A stretch of 64,000 bases of DNA from Heterodontus francisci (Eukaryota), in assembly GCF_036365525.1 (NCBI RefSeq), contig NC_090377.1, positions 77,547,198 through 77,611,197 of the forward strand. The letters are read 5' to 3'. The notes beneath the pieces were generated by a model. The model worked only from the letters and a program-made list of their open reading frames with translations, searched no databases and had not been told where the DNA came from. The stretch's first letter is position 1, and the number at the start of each line of letters is the position of its first letter. A program made the position numbers and the translations under genes. Positions 41,464 through 55,692 of this stretch are shown in pieces.

Positions 41464-42841
41464 GTATCCGTCAACAGTTCACTTTTCAACTTTAAATCAC
41501 ATCTAGTCTCTTAACAATTAGGAAGAAAGCTTGCCTGCCAAAATACTATCACACTTAGGTGGGGGTATTTTCCCTCCAATTCCGATGGTTGGGGTGAGTA
41601 AAGGCATCAATATATATTTTCAAGGCATTACGTGCAGCATTTTGGGAGTAAATTGTAAGTCAGTGAATCCTTCGTGACGACTTGAGTAATTGGCATATTG
41701 TGGGAGAAATGATCACGAGAGAGGGTGGACTGGTAGGAATTTCTGAAACGGAAGGTTGACCCTTCACTTTGATTCTCTAATGTCATACGGTGAAATCTTA
41801 ATATGTGCAATTCTTGCAGACGGCCCAAATAATCCCATTTTATCATTGTGGACTTGCTCATAGACAGACCAGACCTAACAAAATACATCATATCAAGAAT
41901 TTGCTTGTATTTCCTTTACATATAAATTAATTTGATTGCATTTGATCTCATCTTATCCTTTCGCTCATTCACATTGCCTGCAAATACAGAAGTTCGAGCA
42001 CATATGACCGAAGTATGGCACATGATAGAAATACTTCTAATGGGACCATACCTCATCTTCTAATTATGTTTTCGTGGGTTCTATCAATCGGCACAACTGT
42101 AATTTAAATGAGAATAACTAAACACGGTTCAACATTTGCACTAAAGCAAAGTACATATCGAGACGACTAATCATTGCACCGTATTATTGCATGATAACAA
42201 AATATTAAACAACATTTTATTTCCAAATTGCGTATAAAATAATGAAGGTTTTCTACTCCTACGTAATACTTCCTTTGCTAATCACCCCCAGTTTTAAGGT
42301 AGTCACCTCCACGATCAGACTAAATGTAAGCTGGGAAGCAATAATAAACAATTCTTACTTTACAAAATGATAGATAAATACTTCTAAGTAAGTGTTTTCA
42401 TTAAAATGAATTCATGTGAAATTCATGTTTTGTTATGTCATTGAAACTTCGGCTGGTAACTCCTAAGTAGGCGGATAAATAGACGCACAGGAATTAGCAA
42501 ACGTTAAAGCAAAGATATAGTTTGCATTTGTCTAGCGCCTTTAACGACATCAAGACGCCCCAAAGAACTTAACAGCCAAGAAAAAAATTTAGAAATGTCG
42601 CCAAATGCTTATTTTAATATTATTGCAAGTACTAACCCACGTTTGTATGTCATCGAATGTTACCCTTCATATAGTCAAATTTGGCGGCATATTGAGCCTG
42701 GGGAACGAAATGGTTAAAGAATCGATTTATAGTCGTTTTACTCGTTCAGTCTGAGGATAAGGACGCGGCGGAGTCTATACGTTGGGCGTGCTTGTTTACA
42801 CTTTTATGTATGGAAACCAACATGATGTTTTCATTTTGCAG

Positions 42842-43590
42842 GTGACAATTGTGAGGATAAAAGCCCGCCAGGACCATCCTCCAAGAGAGTCCGTACAGCC
42901 TACACAAGCGCACAACTGGTTGAACTGGAGAAGGAGTTTCATTTTAATCGTTATCTCTGCCGCCCTCGGAGAGTTGAAATGGCAAATTTATTAAACCTAA
43001 CAGAACGCCAAATTAAGATCTGGTTCCAGAACAGAAGAATGAAGTATAAAAAAGATCAAAAGTCCAAAGGGATCATGCACTCCCCTGTTGGACAGTCTCC
43101 AGACAGAAGTCCGCTTTTAAACGCGCCAAATAACATTGGATTCTCAAGCCAGCTTCCCACTGTCAACAGTCTGAGTTACGAAGCTCATTCGCCAACATCT
43201 TTCACCAAATCCCAGCAAAATATGTATGGCTTGGCTGCTTACACTGCACCCCATAATAGCTGTCTACCCCAGCAGAAAAGGTACCCAGGCACAGAGTACG
43301 ACCATCACTCTATGCAGGGCAATGGTAGTTTTGCCAATCATAACTTGCAGGGAAGCCCTGTGTATGTTGGAGGGAACTTTGTTGATTCAATGCCAGCTTC
43401 TGGTCCGATGTTCAACCTTAGTCATCTTCCTCATCCTTCATCAGCCACTGTGGACTATAGCTGTGCTGCTCAAATACCAGGCAATCACCACCATGGACCT
43501 TGTGATCCTCATCCCACATATACAGACCTGACTCCTCATCACACATCTCAGGGAAGAATTCAAGAAGCGCCCAAACTAACACATCTGTAA
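42842..43590 (+). CDS. hoxd3: HoxD3 coding exon 2 (homeobox plus PG3 C-terminus); full protein about 410 aa
   Basis: Acceptor ttttgcag|gt. Reads [73 protein letters not shown]...[13 protein letters not shown]. Confidence 0.95.
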
Positions 43591-46500
43591 CGGACTAGCA
43601 CGGTTTGCCAAGCGATGTCACTTCGCTTTTTTATTACCTCATTTGTATCAAATATTCTCCTGCTACGAGACCGCATTGTATTTGTCCACCATTCAGTTTC
43701 TACCTGTTGCATTGCTTTACTGTGTTTATTTAAGGGTCTACACGTCAGTCATACCTTTCGGTAAGATCCTAGCGTAATGCAGAATGCAAATAGAGGAACA
43801 ATTGCTTGAAATAGGTGCTTTTGAAGGTAAGACATAATGGAATCAGTCCTCAGCAAACCCTTCTTAATGTGGAATTTAAAGACTAGTAGTTCTACACACT
43901 CCACTTTGGCAGGATTTTGTCGGTAACTGGTCTTACTGCCCAGAACTTAAGCTCTGTACTTTTCAGTAATGAACGAACTGAATTGAATATCAATGATATG
44001 TATTTATTATTTTAAGTCGAAAAGAAAAACAGATTTTTCTATCACTTATTTATCCTCGTCTTAATGTATTTATGTGAGATTTATACAATCTGACTTTGAC
44101 CTGTTTGATCCATGTCTGTTACAATCATATTTCTCCTCTTTAGTAAACCTGGGTTTAAACTAGAGAGAGGGTAGTTTTTTGAGCAGTTGTATCAGTGGCT
44201 GGTGTTTGTAGATTATGTAAGGGTTATCTCTGAAATCAAATTGTAAGTTATGACTGTAGTAAATCAGAGAAAATGTGACACTACACAATAGACAACACAT
44301 TTCTATAAAAATACTTTATTTCAATTGTCTGGTACTATTCCAACAGATATTTAGAATAAAAATGTGTTCTTTGAACAAACCTGTAGCCTTTATTTATAAA
44401 TATATATGCACCACACAAGCTATATGCTTCGCCATCTTGTCTCCTCACTTCTCATTAATACAAGACAAGCTGACTGCAGCCATGGACTGGGACCTGAAGC
44501 TGTTCGGCGAGCTGCCGTCTGTTTAAATGTGCATTTGCAAAACGATTTACTCCATGTTCCAATGCAAAGTTATATTATGACAAATTATTGCTACGATTTT
44601 GTATTTTACCCAGAAATGTAATGTAACATATGAAATGTTAAGAGTCAGGCACACAAAATAACAGGAAGGAAACAAAGGGAAAGAGTGGGTGGAGGTTTAG
44701 GTCGAGACGAAATGTGACAAAATAGCAGGATATAAATAAAGCAGACAAAAATGAAATGCAAACGTGTACATTTTGGTTACTTTAACGAAATTTGTTGTCA
44801 ATTATTACTCGTTTTGCTTTTCCTAAATTATTTGCAGTCCCGTCGGTATGTAACATATCTATTAATATATATTTAAAAAAATAATAGCTTAATTTTTCAT
44901 AATATGCAAAGAGCAAATCAATCCAAATAAAAAGAATGAATCAACATTTCCACAGATGTTATCCAATAAATATAGGAACAAATTCAAAAGAGTCTCAATC
45001 TATTACCGTTATCTTACGAAGACGTCAACATTATTATGCAGCAAACTGTGTTCCGAAGTGGCCCAGTATCAGGTGGCTGTGAGAGCGGAGCCTGATCCCA
45101 GGCACTTGCTGCCGCCTATCTCCACAGCAGCAGCCCGTAGCAACGACACATGGGGCGCCATTTTGTTTGACAGATAAAGCAGGGGCGCTGAAAGCCCTCT
45201 GGCAACAAACAGAGATATCTCCCAACCAGTGAAACATTATTTTAAATGGGAAAGAAAAGATTTCCTGAACAACTGAAAACATCAACAGTTTGACGAAGAC
45301 AACAACCTAACTAACCTTTTGTTGACGATTTTAGAGCTTGAAGTCAGTCTAGCACTTAAAATTTTCTCCTCTAGAGTTTATTTTATCTTAAAATCTCTGA
45401 TGATAAATAAGTATGAATGTAGTGTAGGTTCTAATGCAATGCACTGCACACAGCGCCTCAGTGTTATTTTAAACGTGCCCATTGTTAACGCCAACGCAGA
45501 AATTGTTTTGTTAGCACACCACCCACACGTCAAAGAATGCAAAATGTTGCCTTTCCAGGCATACAGAAGGAGGAGAAGCACCCCCACACACAAGGATTTT
45601 ATGAAAGCCAAAGACCAGCTCAGCAGAATCACACAAAGAAATGCAACGATGCATTTTGACTAGTTTAATTTTTATTCTTCTCAAAACATTTTGTATGTGA
45701 GGGCAGAAAAAATATTAGCAAATATTATGATTACCAATTTGCCAATATTACAGAATGCGCAGCCTTTGGGGTTTAAATGTCAAATAACTCACAAACGTTA
45801 CTACATAATGTGTATAGTTCATAAGTCACAACAGCTGTTGACAAGGAGAATCCGCGAGATGTTACTTCACAAATAATTAAATAAATGGCTTGTGGGTGTT
45901 TATGAAATCAACAAACAATATATGAACAAGGAGTCATTTGTAAACAGGGCGCGCTGCTCTAGATGGAGTAAGTTAGGTTGTACTTGCTCAGAGTGTAAAT
46001 ATACCGAATAAATGGCACCGTTCAAACTATTTTTATTAGCCTAAAGGGGAAAAAAGGGTAGAGCTGAAAATGTTTAGAAGGTTTGTTTATATTCATGGTA
46101 AAATCCAGAGAGTGTCTAAAAGTGATCCTGTCCGACTTGGCATTGGGCCTCACTGCCAGCTCCTACTGTCTAGGGTGCTGCTTTGGCCACAGCTTGTGTT
46201 CATTCTTCTATACGGAGGACCCTTGCGATGATTGTCAAAGCTCCGAAGATTAATTGATTTGTCGTTTATTACTCCACGCTGCACATTTGAAGGCAGAAAT
46301 CTAGTCTTGAGTGTTCTTTTCTTCTCAGTTATACAACCACCCACCAAGAGATGCAGGGTGTTCTGCAATCGTACACTTTCTACTTTATAGAAATGACTCT
46401 GCACTACCTGACATTAAAACTTGGCCTGGAAAAGGCAGGAATACGCTACCTACACCTTTATATATTTTATTTCAGAATCATTCAGAAAGCCAGTCTTATT

Positions 46501-46697
46501 TTCCACTCTTGTCATTGGTTTAGGCGATCATGTGACGATAAAATCAGCCTCATCTCAACGTCGTGTCTGTGTATTCAATAGACATAGTTTAATAATAGCA
46601 CGGTCCCTTAGCCTTTGTAATCAGTACATTTTATAAATATACATTTTCAAAGGAACAGTCAAATAAGCAATTTTCTACCGATTCTGCCCGGGCAGAA

Positions 46698-47043
46698 ATG
46701 AACAACGAGTTTGAGCGAGAGGTTGGTTTTATCAATAGTGAACCATCGCTTGCCGAGTGCCTGACATCCTTTCCTCCTGTTGGCGAGACATTTCAAAGTT
46801 CATCAATCAAGAACTCGACGCTTTCACATTCGACACTGATTCCTCCTCCTTTTGAGCAGAGCTTCTGCAGCTTGGACCATGGTAACACAAACCAAAATGG
46901 GAAAACCCACACTTCAAAAGGCATTGGTCGGGCCACATTAGGGGACAAACCTCTGGAATATCCGTGGATGAGAGAAAAGAAAAGCCACAAGAAAAAAACA
47001 GTCCCAGCGACGGGATCATTCTCATCTTGTTCTTCTAATGAAG
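46698..47043 (+). CDS. hoxd2: Homeobox protein HoxD2, coding exon 1
   Basis: PG2 N-terminus MNNEFEREVGFINSEPSLAECLTSFPPVGETFQSSSIK and hexapeptide EYPWMREKK. Donor GAAG|GTCAGG. Confidence 0.92.
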
Positions 47044-47421
47044 GTCAGGTCAATAATATTTTTCTCTACTATTTGTTTTTGTCATATGTGGTGTACAGAG
47101 AGCATTTGAAAAAGGATTCAAATTTGAAACAGTAACAAATGTTTCATTGACTGAAAGATGTCATAACTGCAAAAATGCTCACACCCCAACAATATCCAAA
47201 ATGTTAATAGTAGCTACTCAAGCCCATAGCACTCCTGGTATTATGTAGGTAGCATTAACCAGCACACACCAAATTCCAGACATTTGTATCATCTTTCTGT
47301 TGCCCTGCCGGGCCATTTTCCGCTGAAAGTCTTTTGTGTCTCGAAGGCGGCCATTTTATGTTGCTGGATTATTTGGAAAGATTTGTGATAACTTATCGAA
47401 ACTTTTCCCTCCTTGCTACAG

Positions 47422-48170
47422 AAAATGAAGATCTGAATGAGCCGGACAATGGGAGTCCTTTTGACAGCTCCAGGAGACTACGGACCACTTACACAAACAC
47501 TCAGCTGTTAGAGCTGGAAAAGGAGTTTCATTACAATCGATACCTTTGTAGACCACGGAGGGTAGAAATCGCAGCTCTACTCGATTTAACAGAAAGGCAA
47601 GTCAAAGTCTGGTTTCAGAATAGACGCATGAAACACAAGAGACAAACTCGATTCAAACAAAGCCAAAACGCTGATTCAAAGCGCCATTTTGCCAACAGTG
47701 TTAATCAGAGTGGATTTTCCACAAGAAGTTTTGCTGAGACACCTGTAAATAAATCCTTGAATTCGTTAGAGAGCGAAAACATTGCTGAGCAAGATATTAG
47801 CGATTCTGCTCATCAAGATACATTGAGTGATATCGGCAGTGACCTGCTCAGTGTTATTGGCACTTCTCTGATCTGCACTGAGGGAACCCACAGCCATTAT
47901 TTTCCCCAGAGCTCAGATGAAACAGACTGCCTGCTACCTATGCTGAAGAACTGTTCGGCTGGAACAAGTCCTAGCAGTCCGGAGAGTTTCAGCATCCCAT
48001 CTCTGGAGGATTTAGACAAAATTACAATCGAACCCCATCTAGATCTGATAGAAGAATTACCTCAATTGTCTTTGTTGGAAAACGAGGACACACTAATTAT
48101 TCCATCCAACGTGTTTGACTTTTTAAGTGACAATTTTAACTCCACCGATTTTCAGCAGTTGCAGTTTTAG
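47422..48170 (+). CDS. hoxd2: HoxD2 coding exon 2 (homeobox); full protein about 364 aa
   Basis: Acceptor ttgctacag|aa. Reads [60 protein letters not shown], with PG2-type C-terminus STDFQQLQF*. Confidence 0.94.
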
Positions 48171-51100
48171 ACCGAATTCCAGCTCACGTACACATTCTCC
48201 GCTGATATTCCTTAATTTGCGATATTTCTAATAACTGTATTAACAGGTTGGAAAGTCGTGTCATTTAATACATGCCTCTTGATCCCAGACTTTATGGACC
48301 TCCTGTTCATATCTGAATTTTGCCATGAATGAAAGGAAACGAGCTCTGAACAAATTTAATGTAGTGCAAGAAATAAAAGTATTTTCGGTATTTTATTTTA
48401 AATAAGGTGAATATTTCAAATTACTGCAGATTTTCAAAAACTAAATACATGTCTTTTAAGTACAATTTATATAATAGCTTTGTGTAAAAAGTATTAACAT
48501 GAAAATATGCAAGAACAAGTAAATAAAATGTATTGGAGTTGAACATTTATATCCCGACATTGCTTATCGCCTTCAGATTAATAGATGAACTGCCTTAGTC
48601 CAAAGTCCCAATCAGCGATATTCCTAGAAAATAAGAAGAAAATGTAATCAGCAACTAAACAACATAAGTAATAATAGTGCTATGACGTAAACATTCATTG
48701 TTTATGTTAAAAATGCAGTCATTTATAAGAGAGATATTGGTTGTTGTGGAAAATATTAATAATAATTTATAGACTTTTTCTATGGTTTCCAGTAATGTCC
48801 TTAAACTGTTTAATGCTTTAAGAAATATAGTTTTTCAAATAATTATGAGATTAGATTCCTCAAGCCACATCATGGATCTTTATTCAAATTTAAATACCAA
48901 GATCATTTCAAATATTTAATGAGCTGCTATGAAAATCGATAGGGAAGCCAACTGGGCTGATCAGCCACATCGCGATATATGCAATTTATAATTATTCAGA
49001 AACTCAGTTACTACAGAGTTACAGTTAAAGGCAACCGGTACTGATAACAAGCCAACGATGACCGTCATGGTCTGGCTGGGGTTTAAAGCCATGAAAGACG
49101 CCATCTTGTCGACCGAACGAAATGTAGGAGCTGAATAGATCAATGCATGGATATACTATTTAGAAGAGGTGGAAGAAACAAGATCTCGATAAATCATTGC
49201 ACTTCGAGCATTCGAATTAGGCTACATTGACGAAACATGTAATATCATCACTGAGTCAGAAAATATTGAACATAAAGAAATGACGGCCACTTGAAATGCG
49301 TATATTTATGTTTTTTTTTCCTTTTGACTTTGTCAGAGGTGCACAGTAGGTTATCACCATTTGTGGCTTTAAAAACGAATGTGATTAAGACTCAAAATGA
49401 TTGTACTATCTTTATGTAGAGTATCTGTGTAAAATTGTCAGTCGAATAACGCATATCAAAGATGCGGAAATGTGTTTAAAGACAAGTATTGATGCTGGTG
49501 GAAGATTTATTGATATTTAGTTTATAATTACAAATGACATGCATTTCATCACCGAAAAAATCCGAATTAGTAAAGAACTAACAGTAACAAGCGAATATAG
49601 TTCCATGTAATAAGTAACTACTGAGTAAGATCGATCCTGGTGAACAATTGCCAGCACTTTGATGTAAACATTCTTGGTTTTTTTTTTAAAACACTTACTC
49701 GGGGTATTTATCAACTGAATTCACCATGTGATGAAACTTATTGAGCATGATATTGACTATAAATGGCATACAGAGGAGAAATAAAATCATATTCTAAGCC
49801 AGAAATTCACGAGTAACTTCGAAGGCAAGGTGCAATTCATCTTTCTGTTTCAGAAAGGAGAACACATGTGCTTTTCAAACCTCTACTTAAGCCTGCTTGC
49901 AGCATCAGAAGACAAAGAAAAGCGCTCTACTTAGAAAAAATAAGTAGCTTTTGAATCCTTAACACACCCATGCATTTTTGTTAGCAAACTATGCTGACTG
50001 TGTCAGAAAAGGCTTCGAAAAGCCCACGTTTCATATTTTCAATGTTCAATAAATATTTAATTTTTTGAAATTCGTACTTTTATGTCTTTTATTTCCAGAG
50101 AAAATAGCGTTGTCTGAACATTCCAAACATAGATGCCTATTTTGTTAACTTTAGACAAGACCTTGCTTTTAATGTTCAAAGGCTTGAGGAGTCGCTGGTA
50201 GGCCGTTCACATTTCAGGATCAGCTGTCATTATATTACAGTACCAAAGAGAATGTTGTGTTAAGTTCTGCTATTAAATGAAGGACTAAATCCACGTTAGT
50301 TCAAGAATTCGCTCATTTAGTTTCATTATAACTATAAAGTCAGAACAAATCGCTAAACCTCTGCAAATAATTCCTAATTTCGCTTTTGAATTTTATACCG
50401 AAAATAATGAACACTTGCCTGTACACATAGCTATAATAGTCGGACTTCATATAGTTTTCCGTCTGCATTCTAATATCGACCAGATTAGTAATAAACTCAT
50501 TGGTTTTTTTTCTAGCTCCATTTTGTGTTGTGTTTGGGTTCCACTATAGTGAGGTCATACCAATACAGCGCATTCACAGTAACAAGCGACGTTTTGATCC
50601 TGCATAAATTATGAAGCTTTTACGGCTTCTATTAGTATAAGAAATTGCACGCTTTCCAAAAATATGAAGCATTCCGCCCTAAACAAAGGGCGAGTTTTGT
50701 GTTTGCTGTTCCTGCTAATAAACGGCAGCTCTCCAGGAACCCTTGCGCAGAGGATCACGTGACAGCAAAATCAGTCATCATATTTCATGTTTATGTGGGC
50801 AACTGGCTGGTATATTTACAGCCACTATTTCCGTTTATTTTGCAAAAATGATGGTTGTAAAAATGCAATTGTAAACGAAAAGGAAGACAAATTTGGAATT
50901 TAAAACAAGGCACTAACAAATAAGGAGTTCTGCTGAAAGACTTGCAGCTCTGTCTGGATGCATAGCTGTCAGTAGGGTATTGTTAAGAGTTCATCAATCA
51001 TGAAATCTGCACTTTTCCCTCGACAGCAGTTCCTCCTTCCTTAAAGCAAGCCAAGGCCAGCTGGGATCCCTCCAGCAACCGCTGCCAAAGCGGACAAATG

Positions 51101-54100
51101 TGAAAGCGAATCACACACTAGTCTAATCACACCACAGACGAAACCCCCTGTATGACCAACCTTCGAGAAATCTGGAGTCTAACTGCGATCCCTCGTTACT
51201 GCTCGTTAAAGAGGGTAAAACGTTTCAAGGGCATCAGAAATCTTGGCTCAGCCGAGAATGTTATGTGTGCTTAAATTATTGTCATGTATGACTGCTTTTG
51301 TGGTATTGGGTCATTTGCGTTAACCTTTTAAAACATGTCACTAATAGATGTGTTTTCATAGGAATCCCTAATGTATAAAACCCCATACGTTATATTTTAT
51401 TTACAACCTCACATTTCCTCTTGTCAATTCACAGAATAGCTAATAGACAGCTAATATAGTTGCTAGTACTTCAGATCTAGTGCAATAGTTGTACTTTTTG
51501 GAATGTCACCTAAACTTACGCGTTGGTGCCCTACAAAGATGACAGCCTTATTTGCGAATTTCGAATGGCTAACCGCACTTCCCGCAAAAATAATTTGAAA
51601 GAGAAGTTAGTTCAAAGACAATCCTCGAATTCCTGACAAGTTGCAAAATGCAAAGCAACCCTGGCCACTTGTCTGGCTATTTGATTTCGAGTCTGCCCCT
51701 TTCATCTCCAGAGATCGAAGGCCACCACTACCACCACCCCACACCGCCCTCCTCCTCCCCCTTGCTTGCTTTCAGCGTTAAAATGGAAGCTAACCTCGTG
51801 CATACCGAAGTTTTAAACAGGAAAACGTGGAATATTGCATATATGAGTATTTCACAAATAGAAGTCCCTAACGCTTTCCAAGGATAACCCTGATGTTTAC
51901 TTGGAGGACTATTACCCCCAAATCGTTGGTCATATACTGCCTGAACAGTCCCATTCGAGTTTGCGCCAGATTCTTCGAGGTCTGACATCAAGTACATCGA
52001 TAAGATTTTACTGTTGTGAATATGAGAAAGTGAGGCACCCTTTAAATCCAGGTGCACACTCTGATTTGGGAATAGTCCCACATATTACTGCAGTGAATCC
52101 ACGCCTTCTATCAAATAAGCCCGTAGTCTGCTTCTGATCTGCCACACAATGCAATCTTCAGTCACCTTCCCCACTCCCCAACCCCCCAAGCCGTCCAAAT
52201 CAAATGAACTATTTTCAGAACTAGTTGCAGGAGGGAGTCTAGAAAGAGGTTGATCGTGTTACTTTTACAAACAGGAATAGTTGAATGCTTATAGAAGTAA
52301 CTAAATATGTGGATCTGTTACTGTTCATTCTTTCCAAAAATATGCGAAAATGCAATGAAATTAAATAATTATTCAAATGACTGTCTGTTTATGCCTGCTT
52401 ATTTAAATGATCAGTCAAGATTGCAAGGAAGTACTGCATGCAGCGGTCAAAGATTACTTAATTACTTTGACGTGGAACACGTGAACTTTAGCAGAAGCTT
52501 TGGAAATCGGAATTAGTTTATTTTATATTTATAAATCCCACCTAAGCAAACACAATGGTAATTGGTAAAATACTCTAATTATCCGATTTGCAACTGGAAC
52601 ATGTTAAATTATGCAAGTTCATGTTTAGAAATGATCACCTCAACTTTTACCATATTCATTAAGTCATTCCATATGTTCAACGCACAGACACATATTTTGA
52701 CTTTGATATAAGCACACATGAAGAGGTATTTGCTGTAGATTACAGTTCCAGGCAGTAGCTCTGTTAAACTCCCACTCATGGTCAGCATCACATTTCAGAG
52801 GAAATTATATGCCAAACACTTATAAAAAAAAAGGCTTTGTCCTTTCCACCAGTATCCAAGTCTGAGAAACTTAACAAACAGGGCTAAATATTAGGGGACT
52901 GTGATTTTTTTCAATCTATAATTTGAACAATATTAATCTAATACATTGCTCTTAACACTTAGAAAAAGATTTAGGACTTATAATGCTGCATATATCCTTT
53001 ACAGTCAAAACTGCAAAGATATGTTAGTCAAACAAGCAAAAGGCAAATGTGAAATGAATGAGAATGTTGAATTGGCTATGCAGGAATTTGGCCTTTTGCA
53101 AATCCCGTGGCAACTGTATGCTTTCAAAGCCCTCAAAGTCACTTCCCTCTGAATTATACATAACGTAGCTTTCAAGATCAGTTAAACCTGCTGACCGCAA
53201 AATGGATGGAAAAGGTTTTGATACCTTTTTCTCAAATAAGAGAATAGCAACAAAGACATTATTACTCAACCCCTCACTAAGATTTAATTGCGAGGGAACA
53301 CGAGAACAGAAAGGAGACAAGCTCGAATTGATGGCCACTTAAAAAAGTAAAACGAGCAGAATTCACTTGTAGGTTAGATAGACCGACAGACAGACATAAA
53401 GAAATAATCAAACAAAGATAGAAAGGCAGAACAGACACGCTGTGTTGTAGATAGATGGATTTTAGATTCCGAATGCCAATTATATATAGTATCAGACCTT
53501 TTATCTGATTGAAGAAATTTCTTTCAACCTACTCTAATTCTATGTTTTAACATATGCATGGGGTAATGGCATGGCACCTAACAAGCTGCTGCTATGAATT
53601 AGACTGCACACTGCCCCTGGCGATTAAAAAGAGCAAGCCTTCCTGTGCTGTACACGCACACATCAACAGACTTTCAGTTAGAGCTTTGCGAGTGAGTGTT
53701 TTGACAGGTAGATAACTTTCACTCAACTGCTTTCACGGAAGTATACCATGATGAAAAAATATTTAGTAACACATTAGCCAAATGAATAAAAATATTTAAA
53801 TTGTTTTGTCGATTCCCCCAAACAATTGTAATTGTTGATTGTGCACTTCGGGAACTCAGTTTTCTTACATTTCATTTTGACCTACATGAAAACGATTTGT
53901 TTAACATCATATTTTAATGTGATTTCGATATATCCTACAGCCTGTCACAGAACGATGAATAAAACAATGCATAAGACGAATTCAGAATTAGCAACGGCCA
54001 ATACTGGGCAGTGAAATAAACAATCCAAGAGCACTAAAATGGAATATCATGCTTTTTATTTCAGCCTTTTGTTGGATATAGGTATTTTAATAACTCTAAA

Positions 54101-54969
54101 TATTGTACAAATATTTATGGAATTTTACAACGTTAAGTGCTATTAATGATAATTGACAGGATAGCGATTGAAAAGGGAGGGAACTATCTATTCTTTCTAT
54201 CTCTGGCAAGACAATTATCCGGTTTCTCTAATTGTTTAAACAACGTTCAATAGGCCTTGATGCTAGAATTTGTAAAGTCACAAGTACGCAGGACAGGCAA
54301 TAGTACTTTGGCTGTTTATTAAACAGTTTGACATTTTAACTATGTCATAAACATAACGTAACTATTTTCTTTATGGACCTGATTATTATGTCGGTTAGGA
54401 TTATGTTGAGAAGAAAATAGCATCTACTTGAGGGTAAGCGTAAATTAAAAGAAACAGAAGAGTTTGCTGGCGGTTTTCTATAAATTGTAAACTGAGGGAC
54501 AGCAGCAGTACAGTGCCAGGAACTCAACTTCAGAATCCATTTAAATAACCATTTGTTTTATTCTTTCACGCTCTCTTCGTTTGGGATTTGGTGGTGCTGT
54601 GACTATAGTAACTGACTTCGTGGAGTCAAGGCCACGAAACAGTCACGATTGTACCCCCATTTGATAGTCACTGTGTCATAAAACAGCCAAAGCTGCTAAC
54701 AGCAGACGGCGTGCCTTTACTGTAAGCGCCACCATCACACAAGTCAAACCTCTCATTACTCTGCAGCAATAACACTCCGCCCACAGTAAAAGGAATATCT
54801 TACCGGCTTTCGAAGAATCGTCCGCAGTGTGGGTAAGGTTAGCGGAAGCCTCTACTAACAGTGATAATGATGTGATCTTAATGGAAGGTGAGTAGATTGA
54901 ACAGTCCACTCCTTTCCGTGGATGAGCGAAGACCTCCGGACGCCATGGAATAGCGCTGGCTAAGACCGC

Positions 54970-55015
54970 TATGATTGGACAGACACAGCCACGTGACTTC
55001 CTTGCTCTATATTAG
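54970..55015 (+). promoter_or_regulatory. HoxD1 core promoter
   Basis: ATTGG, E-box CACGTG (54990-54995) and TATA-like CTATATT. Confidence 0.6.
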
Positions 55016-55127
55016 GAATATTTACTTCCTTTGCGAAGGAAGTGCAGGATCTGTTATGGTGATCAGGGATAGACAGCAATCAGCTAGATCTAAACATCTC
55101 ATTCTGTTCCAGCCCATCATTGGAAGA

Positions 55128-55692
55128 ATGAACTCTTACTTAGAATACATACCCAGTGCTGACATTCTGACGTTTTCGCCAAAGTTTTGTCATAGTAATT
55201 CTCCACCAGTCTCCCTGCAGCAGTGCTCCGGAGAAGGTCGGTATGCTGCAAGTGAACCGGGAGGTAATCCATCTCCTAGTCATCATCACCTTCATCAGTC
55301 GGTGCCTGCTGCTCTCGAACTTTCCTATGACTCCTCTCCATCCGTAGATATTAACCTTTTACCTCAGAGCAATCTCGGCTATGACTTTCCTTACGCTGCT
55401 AACCAGGAGCTGGATGACACTGGGGGACTTATTCCATACAACACCTCTGTTTACTCAGGAAGCGCGTCCTTTCCGCTCACTGCGCGCCAGCACGAATACA
55501 ACAATGTCTTTAGTGAGCAAGAACAATACCAAACCTATGGCAAGGAGTTCCCAAACTTCTACCCCGGGCATTATCAGAGTCCATCGACGTCTCAGGGTGG
55601 TTACCAAAGGCCGGAGTCTCCCGCAGCACAGAAAATCACCACAGCAAATACCTTCGAGTGGATGAAAGTGAAGCGAAATCCTCCTAAAACAG
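55128..55692 (+). CDS. hoxd1: Homeobox protein HoxD1, coding exon 1
   Basis: Starts MNSYLEY; PG1 hexapeptide NTFEWMKVKRNPPKT (FEWM is HoxD1-like). Donor ACAG|GTCAGT. Confidence 0.92.
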
